NCBI GenBank assembly: GCA_030390025.1
Contig: CM059432.1
Coordinates: forward strand, 3,596,001-3,660,000
DNA: 64,000 nt
Direction of reading: 5' to 3'
DNA from: Squalus acanthias
Taxonomy: Eukaryota
Part shown: one piece after another, positions 23,905 to 37,035 of the stretch
Numbering within the stretch: the stretch's first letter is position 1
Layout: the number at the start of each line of letters is the position of its first letter
Translations under genes and position numbers: made by a program
Notes under the pieces: model-generated
Database searches by the model: none
Seen by the model: the letters and a program-made list of their open reading frames with translations, nothing else
What the model was told of the DNA's origin: nothing

Positions 23905-25415
23905 CTATCCTTGGCCCCCTCCTATTTCTCATCTACATGTTGCCCCTTGGCGACATCATCAGAAAACACAGCGTCAGTTTCCACATGTACACTGATGACA
24001 CCCAGCTCTACCTCACTACCTCTTCTCTCGACCCCTCCACGGTCTCTAAATTGTCAGACTGCTTGTCCGACATCCAGTTCTGGATGAACAAAAATTTTCT
24101 CCCATTAAATATTGGGAAGACCGAAGCCATTGTTTTCAGTCCCCGCCACAAATTCCTTTCATAAGAACATAAGAACATAAGAAATAGGAGCAGGAATAGG
24201 CCACTTGGCCCCTCAAGCCTGCTCCGCCATTCAATAAGATCATGGCTGATCTAGGGCTCAAAGCCACTTCCCAGCCCGCTCCCCATAACCCTTCACTCCC
24301 TTATCTTGCAAAAATTTGTCTATCTCCACTTTAAATGTATTTAATGACCCAGCCTCCACAGCTCTCTGGGGCAGAGAATTCCACAAATTTACGACCCTCT
24401 GAGAGAAGAAGTTCCTCCTCATCTCAGTTCTAAAAGGGCGACCCTTTATTCTGAGACTGTGCCCCGAGTTCTAGATTTTCCCGCGAGGGGAAACATCCTC
24501 TCTGCATCTACCCTGTCAAGCCCCCTCAGTATCTTATATGTTTCGATAAGATCACCTCTCATTCTTCTAAATTCCAATGAGTATAGGCCCAGCCTGCTCA
24601 ACCTTTTTCCTTAGACACTGACTCCATCCCTCTCCCTAACATCTGTCTGAGGCTGAACCACACTGTTCGCAACCTTGGTGTCATATTTGACCCGAAATGA
24701 GCTTCCGATCACATATCCGCGGCATAACAAAGACCGCCTACTTCCACGTCCGTAACATCGCCCGTCTCCGCCCTTGCCTCAGCTCATCCGCTGCTGAAAC
24801 CCTCATCCATGCCTTTGTTACCTCTAGACTTGACTATTCCAATGCACTCCTGGCTGGCCTCCTACATTCCACCCTACGTAAACTTGAGGTCATCCAAAAC
24901 TCGGCTGCCCATGTCCTAACTCGCACCAAGTCCCATTCGCCCATCACCCCTGTGCTCGCTGACCTACATTGGCTCCCGGTTAAGCAGCGCCTCAATTTCA
25001 AAATTCTCATCCTTGTTTTCAAATCCCTCCATGGCCTCGCCCCCTCCCTATCTCTGTAATCTCCTCCAGCCCTACAACCCCCCCCACCCACCAACCCCCC
25101 GAGATATCTGCGCTCCTCTAATTCTGCCCTCTTGAGCATCCCTGATTATAATCGCTCAACCATTGGTGGCTGTGCCTTCTGTTGCCTGGGCCCTAAGCTC
25201 TGGAATTCCCTGCCTAAGCCTCTCCGCCTCTCTACCTCTCTCTCCTCCTTTAAGACGCTCCTTAAACCTACCTCTTTGACCAAGCTTTTGGTCACCTGCC
25301 CTAAATTCTCATTATATGTTAAATTTTTTGTCTTATAATACTCCTGTGAAGCACCTTGGGACGTTTTACTACGTAAAAGGTGCTATATAAATACAAGTTG
25401 TTGTTGTTGTTGTTG
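23905..25415 (+). mobile_element. L2 LINE RT to 3' end, with a CR1 inserted at about 24160-24612 (-)
   Basis: FHMYTDDTQLY, LNIGKTE, LIHAFVTSRLDYSNALL, LHWLPV; (TTG)n tail. Confidence 0.9.
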
Positions 25416-25416
25416 C

Positions 25417-25795
25417 ATCAGAAGGTTGTGGGTTCAAGTCCCACTTCAGAGACTTGAGCATAAAATCTAGGCTGACACTCCAGTGCAGTGCCGCCTATCG
25501 GATGAGACGTTAAACCGAGGCCCCTCTGACCTCTCAGGTGGATGTAAAAGATCCCATGGCACTATTTGAAGATGAGCAGGAGAGTTATCCCCGGTGTCCT
25601 GGCCAATAATTATCCCTCAACCAACATAATGAAAACAGATTATCTGGTCATTATCACATTGCTGTTTGTGGGAGCTTGCTGTGCGCAAATTGGCTGCCGT
25701 GTGTCCTACATTACAACAGTGACTACACTGTAAAGCGCCTAGAGACGTCCGGTGGTCGTGAAAGGCGCTGTAGAAATGCAAGTCTTTCTTTCTTT
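25417..25795 (+). mobile_element. Deu-domain SINE
   Basis: Family match with internal deletions. Confidence 0.85.
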
Positions 25796-25796
25796 C

Positions 25797-26493
25797 TCTG
25801 GGGAAATAGGTCCTTCCTATCCACTCTATCTAGGCCCCTCATAATTTTATACATCTCAATTAAATCTCCCCTTGGCCTCCTCTGTTCCAAGGAAAACAAC
25901 CCCAGCCTATCCAATCTTTCCTCATAGCTAAAATTCTCCAGTCCTGGCAACATCCTCGTAAATCTCCTCTGTACCCTCTCTAATGCAATCACATCTTTCC
26001 TGTAATGTGGTGACCAGAACTGTTCGCAGTATTCTAGCTGCAGCCTAACTAGTGTTTTGTACAGTTCAAGCATAACCCCCCTGCTCTTATATTCTATGCC
26101 TTGACTAATAAAGGCAAGTATCCGTATGCCTTCTTAACCACCTCATCTACCTGTCCTGCTACCTTCAGGGATCTGTGGACATGCACTCCAAGGTCCCTCT
26201 GATCCTCTGCACTTCTCGGTATCCTACAATTTATTGTGTATTCCCTTGCCTTGTTAGCCCTTTCCAAATGCATGACCTCAAACTTCTCCAGACTGAATTC
26301 CATTTGCCACTGTTCTGCCCACCTGACCAGTCCATTGATATCTCCCTGCAGTCTACAGCTTCCTTCCTCATTATCAACCACACGGCCAACTTTTGTATCA
26401 TCTGCAAACTTCTTAATCATGCCCCCTACAATGAAGTCTGACTCATTGCCCTGCGGAACCTCACTGGAAACAGCCTTCCAGTCACAAAAACGC
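25797..26493 (-). mobile_element. CR1 RT fragment
   Basis: VPQG..KFADDTKV; LYKTLVRLQLEYCEQFWSP. Confidence 0.85.
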
Positions 26494-27389
26494 ATCTGGA
26501 ATGTGACAGGAGTGCAAAACTTTTATATATATATATATATACACATATCTGGCTATTAAGCTGTTAGACACTAATGCCGCACAGCCCAATTTCAGCCTCA
26601 AACAGATTGGCTTATGAGATTAAAATGTTAAACAAGGAACGAGGTCTCAATTTTGCAATCAAGAGTTACAGAGTGCCTTGCATGATTTCCTAATTAATTT
26701 AGATACTGACTGCAGGACATGTCTATCGTACAGACAAGTTATTGATGCTGCATTTAAGATAGAATGATGTGATAGGATTTGAAAGATTCTTTTGGGGGGA
26801 GAGGTGGGTTTTAATCGATACTGTTCTATTCCATCCAGGTAACAAGATATTTACCATTTCTAATGAGGAACATAGTTCTCCTTTCTATATGTACAGCAAT
26901 GAAAGTCAAGGACATGACTGATTACTTACTTTTAATTTAGCCAAATCCCCTTTGTCTGTTTCAGACCTCTGGGATAGAGCTTTAATTGATGAAATAGCAC
27001 TGCTGTCTCTCATGATTGCAACCTCATCTAAAATAGAATCAATTTGAGTCTTTATCTCCGTTAGGGAAGAGCATTCCCTAAGCTAAGGCAGCTAAGTCCT
27101 CTGTACGTGTCAACCAAGCTACGCTCAGTTCTGGAGGCAACGTGGCATTCTGAAATGGAAGTGATTGTGGATCTCTGCTCAAGGTTCATGCGAATCAGAT
27201 ATGAGATCTTGATGAACTCGATTCTGCTTCCTCGAGATAAATTGTCAAGAAGTTTCACGATTACAGATCTGCAGCGTTCTCAAATTAAACAGAGAAAATG
27301 CTGGAAACACTCAGCAGGCCAGGCAGCATCTGTGGAGCAATGAAGGATGAACAGGCTAATCTCAAAAGGCTGAGCAATATACCAAATGC

Positions 27390-27685
27390 ACAACCTCTAC
27401 CACCTAGAAGGACGAGGGCAGCAGGCGCATGGGAACACCACCACCTCCTAGTTCCCATCCAGGTTACACACCATCCCGACTGGGGACATATGTTGGCTGT
27501 TCCTTCATCGTCGCTGGGTCAAAATCCTGGAACTCGGTCCCTAACAGCGCTGTGGGAGCACCTTCACTACACGGACTGCAGCGGTTCAAGAAGGTGGCTC
27601 ACCACCACCTTCTCAAGGGCAATTAGGAATGGGCAATAAATGCCGGCCTTGCCAGCGACGCCCACATCCTGAGAATGAATTTTTA
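27390..27685 (+). mobile_element. Family Z LINE 3' fragment
   Basis: Matches 11153-11435. Confidence 0.85.
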
Positions 27686-27991
27686 AAAATGGTAATTGAA
27701 AACCTTGGCCACAATATGTCCACAATAAGCAAGATATGGATGCTATAAACTCATTATAAAGCATATTAAAACATTTATAACATTATGATCTACTTACAGC
27801 TACTTACATTCAGTGTTGTACAAGGTCTGTACCTGTTGAATTAATATTACAGTTCTGAGTAGCAGGTTGGGGAGAAAATATATCTCTTGGTTCTGGACTC
27901 TACAATTTAAAACAATAGAGACCAGTGAGCGAGGTTATTGGATGTCCTGTTCCACACTAGAGTCTAATCTTTGCAACATAACAAGAGATAT

Positions 27992-28973
27992 GGGTCTAGA
28001 AATTCGGGAGTGCCAATATCTGGGCGCTCATTCGGCGGAGGGTAAATACCTGGGTGATGGGGAGGTTTCAGGCCATGGGGCCGGGGCTGTGGAAGATCAG
28101 GAGTCGTGGGGGCCGGGAGTTGCGGAGGGAGGCTAGGTGTCCTGGGGCCGGGGTGGGTGGGGGGGGGAGGAGATGTTGGAAGATCAGAAGTCCCTGAAAC
28201 AACCTCCAGCCCTACAACCTTCCGAGCTCTCTGCGCTCCTCCAGTTCTGGCCTCTTGGGCATCCCTGATTTTCATCGCTCCACCACTGGCGGCCATGCCT
28301 TCAGCTACCAAGCCCCTAAGCTCTGGAATTCCCTCCCTAAACCTCTCCGACTCTCCACCTCTCTCCCCTCCTTTAAGACGCTCCTTAAAACTTACCTCTT
28401 TCTGTTCTAATATCTCCTTATGTGGCTCGGAGTCAAACTGCTGTTGATAACCGCTCCTGTGAAGATACTGGGGACGATAAAGGCACTATATAAATACAAG
28501 TTGTTGTTCTTGTCCCAGGGCCGGGGTGGGGTGGGGTGTGTGGGTGGGTGGTGGAGGGGGGTGGGAGAGATCAGAGATCGTGGATGCTGGGGCTGGTGGG
28601 GTGGGGGTGGGGTTAGGTTGGGAGATTAGGGCAGGGGAGCGGTTGAAGATCAGAAGTCGGGGATGAGGAGGTGGGGAGGGGGGTTGTCGGTGATCGGGGA
28701 TCCCGGGGCCCGGGGGTTGGGGTTGGAGTGTGGGTCGCTCTTGCTTCTCCGGGCTCCATATTCAGTTAAGTTCTTCTCCATTGCAGACATTTCCTAGGGC
28801 TGGTTTCCATGAGTGCTTCCCGCCACGGCACTGGCTGCCTCTGGGAGATCTCAAGAATGCCTTAGATCCATTATTTGTTGCAACTGAACCTCGGAGTTCG
28901 GTATTAATACAAAAAGTCCTTGCAGAATACTATTGGCAAAGTTCTGCCTATTGCCTGCCGAACTTTCTCTCCC
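27992..28973. mobile_element. Possible old TIR element with G-rich interior, containing an L2 fragment (about 28200-28510)
   Basis: Degenerate ends GGGTCTAGAAATTCGG / CCGAACTTTCTCTCCC; repeated GAAGATCAG motifs. Confidence 0.35.
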
Positions 28974-29339
28974 AGTTATCATCTGGAACCTTGTCCCTTA
29001 TACCCAGAAGTGTAATGGCGCAGTTAACTATCCTTTGCTGATCCAGGGTTGATTGAGCATTCACGAGGCTGAAGGGAACCTTTGACTTACCCAATGGTAT
29101 TTCTCCAAGTCTGCTCGACTCTCAACAACCTACTGGGGCCAAAGTCATGAAATATTAATCATTGTTACAACTGTCTCTGGCTGCATCCTGTTTATGTTTA
29201 TGTTTCATATTTTATGATGTAGTTTTTGTCTAAAGTCACCCATTTGTGAATGATACTTCCATATCTATCGATCGATCTGTCCATCCATCTCTCTATCCAA
29301 TCACTGGCATTGTCCTTCTTTGAATATGGAGATTAGACA

Positions 29340-29800
29340 GTGTCAGCCGTGGCTCAGTGGGTAGCACTCTCGCCTCTGAGTCAGAAGGTCGTGGGTTCAC
29401 AGTCCCACTCCAAGAGACATGAGCACATAAAGCTGGGCTGACACTCCAGTGCAGTGCCGATGGAGTGCTGCACTGTCGGAGGTGCCGTCTTTCAGATGAG
29501 ACGTTAAACCGAGGCCCCGTCTGCTCCCTCAGGTGGATGTAAAAGATCCCGCGGCCACTATTTCGAAGAAGAGCAGGGGAGTTCTCCCCGGTGTCCTGGG
29601 GCCAATATTTATCCCTCAATCAACATCACAAACAGATTATCTGGTCATTATCACACTGCTGTTTGTGGGAGCTTGCTGTGCGCAAATTGGCTGCCGCGTT
29701 TCCTACATTACAACAGTGACTGCACTTCAAAAAGTACTTCATTTTGACTGTAAAGCGCTTTGAGATGTCCGGTGGTCATGAAAGGCGCTATAGAAATGAA
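29340..29800 (+). mobile_element. Deu-domain tRNA-SINE, full length
   Basis: A-box TGGCTCAGTGG, B-box GGTTCA, Deu core, L2-like tail AAAGGCGCTATAGAAATG. Confidence 0.9.
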
Positions 29801-29886
29801 AATCTATTCGACTCCGATATTATTCGGGCCTAAATGTTATTGTTACCTGAGGTCTTGAGTGCAGGCGTGGCTTCCCTGCCAGATCA

Positions 29887-30313
29887 AGAAAAGAAAGAAC
29901 TTGCATTTCTATAGCGCCTTTCAGGACGTTCCAAAGCCCTTTACAGCCAATGAAGTACAGCCGCTGATGTAGTGTAGGAAATGCAGCAGCCAGTTTGCAC
30001 ACAGCAAGCTCCCACAAACTGCAGTGGTGTGGGTTGAGGGATAAACATTGGCCAGGACACCAGGGAGAACTCCCCTGCTCTTCTTCGAAATAGTGGCCAC
30101 GGGATCTTTTACACGAACCTTGGAGGGCAGACGGGGGCCTCGGTTTAACGTCTCACCCAAAAGACGGCACCTCCGACAGTGCGGCGCTCCCTCAGTACTG
30201 GCACTGGGAGCGTCAGCCTCGATTTTTGTGCTCCAGTCTATGGAGTGGGTTCTTGAACCCACAACCTCCTGACTCAGAAGGAGAGAGAGTGCCGCCCACT
30301 GAGCCACAGCTGA
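29887..30313 (-). mobile_element. Deu-domain SINE
   Basis: Family match, opposite orientation to 29340-29800. Confidence 0.85.
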
Positions 30314-31509
30314 CGCCTGACGTGACTGATGCAAAAATTGCTGTGGGAGGAATTTTTAGTGCGAGCACTTAAGGTGTGCACTTGAGGTTGAAGTGCCCCA
30401 CATTGCCGTGTTAATGCACAGATCATTCTCGATGAGTTCATCTCGTTCAAATAGAGCTCGTGCTGCTGGAGAGGCTGCAGTGAGGAAGCCGGGTTGGCGA
30501 CCGCTAATTTTGTTCCCACAGTGGAGATTTTTTGCGTACTATGAGGATGGCACTTCAGTGCTCCATTGGCACTGAACTTGGCAAAGCAGAACCAACAAGA
30601 GCAGCAAAAGGCATGTCAGTTGGCTCTCAGTAAATATTCAATAAATCTGCCACGTGAGCTTGAAAGCTGCTGGTCTATTGTAAAAACCCAACCTGTTACA
30701 AACATCATTCAGGGAAGGGAACCTGCCAACTCTGGACTGCCGACTTGTGATTCCAGTCTGACGTTATGTAGTGGACTCTTAATGCCTCGGCCCAGTCTGA
30801 TTGTAATCACAATCTGTCTTTCGGATGAGACGTTAAACCGAGACGCCCCCGTCTGCCTTCTCAGGTGCATGTTAAAGGTCCCCATGGCACTATCTCTAAG
30901 AAGAGCAGGGGGAGTTCTCCCAGGGGAGTCTTGGCCAATATTTATCCCTCAACCAACATCACCAAAATGGATGATTCTGGCCATTATCTGAGTGTTGTTT
31001 GTGGGATCTTGCTGTGTGCAATTTGGCTGCCGTGTTTCCTACATTACAACAGCGACTACACTTCGAAATGCACTTCATTGGCTGTCAAGCACTTCAGGGC
31101 GTCTGAGGTGGTGAAAGGCGCTATAGAAATGTAAGTCTTCCTTTCTTTCGATTGAAGAGAGCTCACCGCACCCTTCGCAGGGCAATTTGGGTTGGACAAG
31201 AACTGCGACCTTGCCAGAAAGGTCATCCCATGAACAATAAATTAAAAAAAATGAAACTGCAGCAGCTGTGGACAGATGCAGAAGGAGACCTTGCGCTTGC
31301 CAGGAATCTGGCAACGTAAGATACAGTCCCCATGTATCGGGTAATTGCCACAGAGCTGCTGCCAGTTCGCTGCTGTTTCTCAGTTCAGAGCAAGTATGTC
31401 CAGTATTGTTAACCCAATGTTTCTGCTTCGTGATGGTGTGGCCCAATATTCCTCCCGCCCACCAACCCTCCGCCACCATTCTCTGGGCACTGGACAGGCA
31501 CTCGTTATT

Positions 31510-32501
31510 AAAAAGAAAGACTTGCATTTATATAGCGCCTTTCACAACCACCGGACGTCCCAAAGTGCTTTACAGCCAATGAAGTACTTTTTGAAGTGTA
31601 GTCACTGTTGTCATGTGGGAAACGCGGCCGCTATTTGCGCACAGCAAGCTCCCACAAACAGCAATGTGACAATGACCAGATAATCTGTTTTAGTGATGTT
31701 GATTGAGGGATAAATATTGGCCCAGGACACCGGGGAGAACTGCCCCCTGCTCTTCTTCACAATAGTCCCATAGGATCTGTGTCAGCTGTGTCTCAGTGGG
31801 CAGCACACTTGCTTCTGAGTCAGAAGGTTGTGGGTTCAAGTCCCACTCCAGGGACTGGAGCAGATACAAAAGCTAGGCTGACAGTCCAGTCCAGTGCAGT
31901 GCTGAGGGACTGCTGCACTGTCAGAGGTGCCGTCTTTCAGATGAGACATTAAACCAAGTCTGCTCTCTCAGGTGGATGTAAAAGATCCCATGGCACTATT
32001 TCGAAGAAGAGCAGGGGAGTTATCCCCGGTGTCCTGGGCCAATATTAATCTCTCACTCAACATAACAAAAACAGATGATCTGGTCATTATCACATTGCTG
32101 TTTGTGGGAGCTTGCTGTGCGCAAATTGGCTGCTGTGTTTCCTACATTACAACAGTGACTACACTTCAAAAAGTGCTTCATTGGCTGTAAAGCGCTTTGA
32201 GACGTCCGGTGGTCGTGAAAGGCGCTATGGAAAAGTAAGTCTTTCTTTCACATCCTCCCGAGAGGGCAGACGAGGTCTCGGTTTAACGTCTCATCTGAAC
32301 GACGGCACCTCCGACAGTGCAGCGCTCCCTCAGCACTGCACTGGAGTGCCAACCTAGATTTATCAATATAGACCTTGGTTTAAACTACATAAAATAAAGG
32401 ACACGATACAAAGTCATTAAATAGTTCAGCTAAGTGGGACTTGAAACCCACAACCTTCTGACTCAGTGAGTGAGAGTGCTGCCCACTGAGTCACAGCTGA
32501 C
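31510..32501. mobile_element. Deu-domain SINE (+, about 31779-32248) nested in a minus-strand copy of the same family
   Basis: Minus copy breaks at GGATCT near 31778 and resumes near 32250. Confidence 0.8.
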
Positions 32502-32820
32502 ATTAGAATATGAACAGACAAAATTGACGAGCGGGAAAAGACCAGCTGGTCCATCAAGCCCGTCCCACACCTCATGGTGGCCGGAGAATCATGACTGGAC
32601 ATTTCCACCCTTCTTCCTCGCCTCTCCTCCAACCCCTGCCCAAAGCATGGCTTGGTCGCAGATCTGGCTGAGGCCCATCTCCTGATAGGGCGTTGTGCTG
32701 TAATTATAAGAACCAGAGTCAGTAGAAGGTTCTGAGTGTGTAAGAAGTTTTAAGAAGAACTGAGCTTTGAGTTTAGGTGGAGTTACTTCGTATTAACTTC
32801 AGTATGAATTTGGATCAAGT

Positions 32821-33696
32821 ATTTTTATTGTTCATTCACAGGATGTGGGCGTCCCATCCCTAATCGCCCCTGAGACGGTGGTGAGCCACCTTCTTGACAG
32901 CTGAGTCTCTTGCTCGGCCATTTCAGAGGGGCAGTTAAGAGTCAACCACATTGCTGTGGGCCTGGAGTCACATATCGGCCAGACCGGGTAAGGACGGCAG
33001 ATTTCCTTCCCTAAAGGACATTAGTGAACCAGATGGGATTTTATGACAATCCGCTAGTTATAAGGTCACCATTACTGATACTAGCTTTACGTTCAGGTTT
33101 AATCTTAGAGTCGGGGTTTATTGGCAGTTTCACTCACACAAGCACCAGTCAAAGAAGGTAAAACCGACAAGAATAAAAAGTACCGCACAAATGCATTTTA
33201 TTCCTGATTTATTTACAGTGTCAGCTGTGGCTCAGTGGGTAGCACACTCGCCTCTGAGTCAGAATGTTGTAAACCGAGGCCCCGTCTGCTCTCTCAGGTG
33301 GACATAAAAGATCCCATGGCCACTATTTCGAAGAAGAGCAGGGGGAGTTCTCCCTGGCCAATATTTATCCCTCAATCCACATAACAAAAAACAGATGATC
33401 TGGTCATTATCGCATTGCTGTTTGTGGGAGCTTGCTGTGCGCACATTGGCTGCCGTGTTTCCTACATTACAACAGTGACTACACTTCAAAAAAAGTACTT
33501 CATTGGCTGTAAAGCGCTTTGAGACGTTGTGAAAGGCGCTATAGAAATGCAAGTCTTTCTTTTATTTAATTAACTGAATTTAAATTCCCCAGCTGCCAGT
33601 GGTGAGATTTGAACTCTTGCGCTCCGGGCCATTAGTCCAAGGCCCTGTCTGGTTGAATGCTAGTCGAAGTAATATTACTACTATGCCACTGTTCCT
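32821..33696 (-). mobile_element. Second tRNA-SINE family with a family-Z LINE tail; interrupted at 33084-33193 and by a Deu SINE (33218-33562)
   Basis: Minus-strand A/B boxes TGGCATAGTAG and GAGTTCAAATC; tail CAAGAAGGTGGCTCACCACC..ATTAGGGATGGG..GACGCCCACATCC. Confidence 0.7.
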
Positions 33697-34569
33697 GTAA
33701 ACACTTTAAATTCACGGCCCACGGTACACGGTATTTATTACTATCAGCACAAGTGACAAGCATGGGCACATGGCACAGTGATAGACATGTTACTGTTCCT
33801 GATGCAAAGTAAACTTGCAGAGTGTAAAGAGGTTAGGAACTGGAGCGGAATAAATTGATTCAGTCCCATCGAACTGCACCACTGAGATTGTTATACTGTA
33901 CTTCTATACACGGCTAGCTGCTCGACGGATGAAAAATGCCTGGCTTATTGTTCGAGAAGGATGCCCCTTAAATATTCATGACCCAGTGAACATTTGTGCG
34001 GCACTTTTTATTCCTGTCGGCTTTACCTCCTTGGACTGGTGCTTGTGTGAGTGAAACTGCCAATAAACCCCGACTCTTAAGATTAAACCTGGACGTAATG
34101 CTTGCACAGTCACACGTGTTACAGTAAAAATACACAGCAGGACTAAAATCCCTTTGTTATTTGCGCCTGATAAATGGGGTCTGACTGTAGAAAATCGACT
34201 GCGTAAGGAAAAGACCCAATGATGATAAACTGTACATTCTTCGTGTCTGCTCAATATATGAAAAAGGGGCCATTTAAATGCTTATTTGGCCACAGGAAGA
34301 AACAGCTCGGATAAGTGCATTAATATATTTATGCTCGGCATGGGAGCGAAAACCTATTTACACTTACTCAGTGGCTGCATGCGTGTGTTTGGGTTCAACC
34401 AGGCCTATTGTATAGGGCTATTAACTGAAAATCTATCTGGTCCGCACTGAGACAAGTGGCACTGCCAATTCTTCATCAATGACTGCACTCTGAGTCCTGC
34501 GTAACGGTGAGCTACAGGTTAACAGGACACCCAGATATCAGGATCGAAGACACTATTATGAAATGTTTT

Positions 34570-34920
34570 CATAGAATCATAGAAATTTATGGCACAGAAG
34601 GAGGCCATTCGGCCAATCGTGTCCGCGCCGGCCGACAAAGAGCTATCCAGCCTAATCCCACTTTCCAGCTCTTGGTCCGTAGCCCTGTAGGTTACGGCTC
34701 TTCATGTGCATATCCAAGTACTTTTTAAATGTGCTGAGGGTTTCTGCCTCTACCACCCTTTCAGGCAGCGAGTTCCAGACCCCCACCACCCTCAGGGTGA
34801 AAAAAGTTCTCCTCAACTCCTCTCTAATCCTTCTACCAATTACTTTAAATCTCTGCCCCCTGGTTATTGACCCCTCTGCTAAAGGAAATCGGTCCTTCCT
34901 ATCCACTCCATCTAGGCCCA
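34570..34920 (-). mobile_element. CR1 3' fragment
   Basis: ORF 34652-34948. Confidence 0.85.
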
Positions 34921-34935
34921 AATTCTGCACAAACA

Positions 34936-35480
34936 ACACACAAGGCACAAGTCAGGAGTGTGATGGAATACTCTCCACTTGCCTGGATGAGTGCAGCTCC
35001 ATCAACACTCAAGAAGCTCAACACCATCCAGGACAAAGCAGCCCGCTTGATTGGCACCCGATCCACCAACTTAAACATTCACTCCCTCCACCACAGGCGT
35101 ACCGTGGCTGCAGTGTGTACCATCTACAAGATGCACTGCAGCAACTCGCCAAGGCTTCCTCGGCAGCACCTCCCAAACCCGCGACCTCTACCACCTAGAA
35201 GGACAAGGGTAGCAGGCGCATGGGAACACCACCACCTCCAAGTTCCACTCCAAGGCACACACCATCCTGACTTGGAAGTATATCGGCCGTTCCTTCATCG
35301 TCGCTGGGTCAAAATCCTGGAACTCCCTCCCTAACAGCACTGTGGGAGTACCTTCACCACACGGACTGCAGCGGTTCAAGAAGGCGGCTCACCACCACCT
35401 TCTCGAGGGCGATTAGGGATGGGCAATAAATGCTGGCCTTGCCAGCGACGCCCACATCCCAGAAACGAATAAAAAAAAAC
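34936..35480 (+). mobile_element. Family Z LINE 3' fragment
   Basis: KAQVRSVMEYSPLAW and family tail. Confidence 0.88.
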
Positions 35481-35809
35481 ACAGAGAATAGTTTAAAAAA
35501 AAATAGACTGATCATTTCAACGTTGCATGTTAACGCTGTTTGTTTATGGTGGGCGGTGGTCTTGTAAATGAATCGCAGACAACCTCGTGAGATTTCTCTG
35601 ACAAAGAAGAATTGGTGCAGTCACAGTGTGTTGACAGTGGTGGGGGGGTGGGCGGGGGCGTAGATTGCGATCATAGTCATGGAGCGGCAATCAAGTGGAC
35701 TGGATGATGTTGGATGTTCGAGTGTTGTTGCAGCTATACTCGTCCATCACACTCCTGACTTGCGCTTTTTAGATAGCAAAGAGGCTTTGAGGGATCAGGT
35801 GAGCCACTA

Positions 35810-36712
35810 GTGATTGCACAGTGTTCAGTTCCATCCGCAGTTCCTCAGATAATGAAGCAGTCCATGCCCGCTTGCAGCAAGACCTGGACAACATCCAGGC
35901 TTGGGTTGATAAGTAGCAGGTAACATTCGCGCCAAACAAGTGCCAGGCAATGACTATCTCCAACAAGTGAGAGTCTAACCACTGCTCCTTGACATTCAAC
36001 GGCATTATCATCGCCGAATCCCCCACCATCAACATCCTGGGGGGTCACCATTGGCCAGAAACTTAACTGGACCAGCCACATAAATACTGTGGCATCAAGA
36101 GCAGGTCAGAGGCTGGGTATTCTTCAGCTTGTGACTCACCTCCTGACTCCCCAAAGCCTTTCCACCACCTACAAGACATAAGTCAGGAGTGTGGTGGAAT
36201 ACTCTCTACTTGCCTGGATGAGTGCAGCTCCAACAATACTCAAGAAGCTCGACACCATCCAGGACAAAGCAGCCCGTTTGATTGGCACCCCATCCACCAC
36301 CTTAAACATTCACTCCCTCCACCACCGGCGTACCGTGGCTGCAGTGTGTACCATCTACAAGATGCACTGCAACAACTCGCCAAGGCTTCTTCGGCAGCAC
36401 CTCCCAAACCCGCGACCTCTTCCACCTAGAAGGACAAGGGCAGCAGGCGCATGGGAACACCACCACCTCCAAGTTCCCCTCCAAGTCACACACCATCCTG
36501 ACTCGGACATATATCGACGTTCCTTCATCGTCGCTGGGTCAAAATCCTGGAACTCCCTCCCTAACAGCACTGTGGGAGCACCTTCACCACACGGAGTGCA
36601 GCGGTTCAAGAAGGCGGCTCACCATTCACCTTCTCAAGGGCAATTAGGGATGGGCAATAAATGCCGGCCTTGCCAGCGACGCCCACATCCCAAAAATGAA
36701 TAAATTAAAAAA
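35810..36712 (+). mobile_element. Family Z LINE 3' part
   Basis: Collinear with 10559-11440. Confidence 0.88.
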
Positions 36713-37035
36713 TAGTCTCAGAGTACCCAACTTCAGCGTGGCTCCTGTAGCAATGATGCCGATAGGATCTTCCTGGTGTAGCAAGGCTTGATATTTACAC
36801 CACATTTGCCATTTGGCCATAATTTCCTAATGGTTGTCTTAATTCATGACCAGTGGTAAATTAGGATGAGGTGTTTTGGACCAGAGCTTGCAGTGTTACC
36901 AGCGAGACCATAAATTAAGGTATTTACCATTGCATAACAGTCTGTGACACCCACATAAAAGTTAATGTGAATCCCTGTGGGTTTTTCATGTAACAGAAAA
37001 CACTTAATTGGCTCACATTTGTTTACAGGATGTTT

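Noticed and set aside
29340..29410. tRNA gene
   Set aside because: A/B boxes belong to the SINE head, repeated many times here and always followed by the SINE body.
33725..33812. Possible immunoglobulin/TCR V-segment end with RSS (GIYYYQ-like reading, CACAGTG heptamer)
   Set aside because: No conserved Cys, an in-frame stop, no upstream V framework, and no acceptable nonamer at 12 or 23 bp.
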